Of a stretch of 64,000 nt of DNA, positions 63,758 through 64,000 are shown piece by piece; the first letter of the stretch is position 1; each line of letters starts with the position of its first letter. The stretch spans positions 148,118,001-148,182,000 of the forward strand of contig OZ360227.1 in the NCBI GenBank assembly GCA_977017645.1, in the 5' to 3' direction. The stretch comes from Torpedo marmorata. Lineage: Eukaryota. Below the pieces are notes generated by a model that was not told where the DNA came from, made no database searches, and worked only from the letters and a program-made list of their open reading frames with translations. Position numbers and translations under genes: made by a program.

Positions 63758-64000
63758 AACCTCTCTGAGAATGGAAGAAGATGGTTTTAGACACATTGCT
63801 TGTTATCTCTTGCATTTGGTGAGTTACACTTGACAATGGGCTAGCCATCTCTTGTCACAAACCTCCCGATTGCAGTCCTCAGCCATGTTGTTTGGAACAA
63901 TATGGAAGTGGATGATACTCTGATTAGCTCCACCACCAGATTACTGAGTGTAACCCACAAATGCCTGGTGTCTATCATATGCCAAAGTCCCTCAAATCTA

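Noticed and set aside
63760-64000. Next upstream LRP1B exon
   Set aside because: No YWTD-type peptide found on the minus strand; it presumably lies beyond the window.

Overview
This is AT-rich, repeat-dense vertebrate genomic DNA. The repeat content (V-domain tRNA-SINEs, CR1, Rex1/Babar, abundant Penelope-like termini) suggests a cartilaginous fish, probably a ray or skate; this is an inference. The only host gene I can support is the 3' end of LRP1B on the minus strand. I traced 12 coding exons by hand between 61376 and 20668. All have AG/GT splice sites and compatible phases. They encode the end of the last YWTD propeller, an EGF-repeat cluster, the transmembrane helix and a tail with two NPxY motifs ending in ...RETVA*. 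Against human LRP1B as I recall it, there is one extra 114-bp EGF exon (29346-29459) and no recognisable equivalent of the LRP1B-specific 33-aa cytoplasmic exon. The rest is intronic or intergenic and packed with mobile elements. These include a full-length but disabled pogo/Passer-type DNA transposon, a 5'-truncated L1-clade LINE interrupted by a young CR1, several hAT and Tigger MITEs, many nested insertions, and Penelope-like termini carrying a minimal hammerhead-ribozyme motif. I see no prokaryotic system and no CRISPR array. The best candidates for novelty are the extra LRP1B exon, the ribozyme-bearing short Penelope-derived inserts, and a 3'UTR motif apparently shared with LRP1. All comparisons with human sequences are from memory and need alignment.
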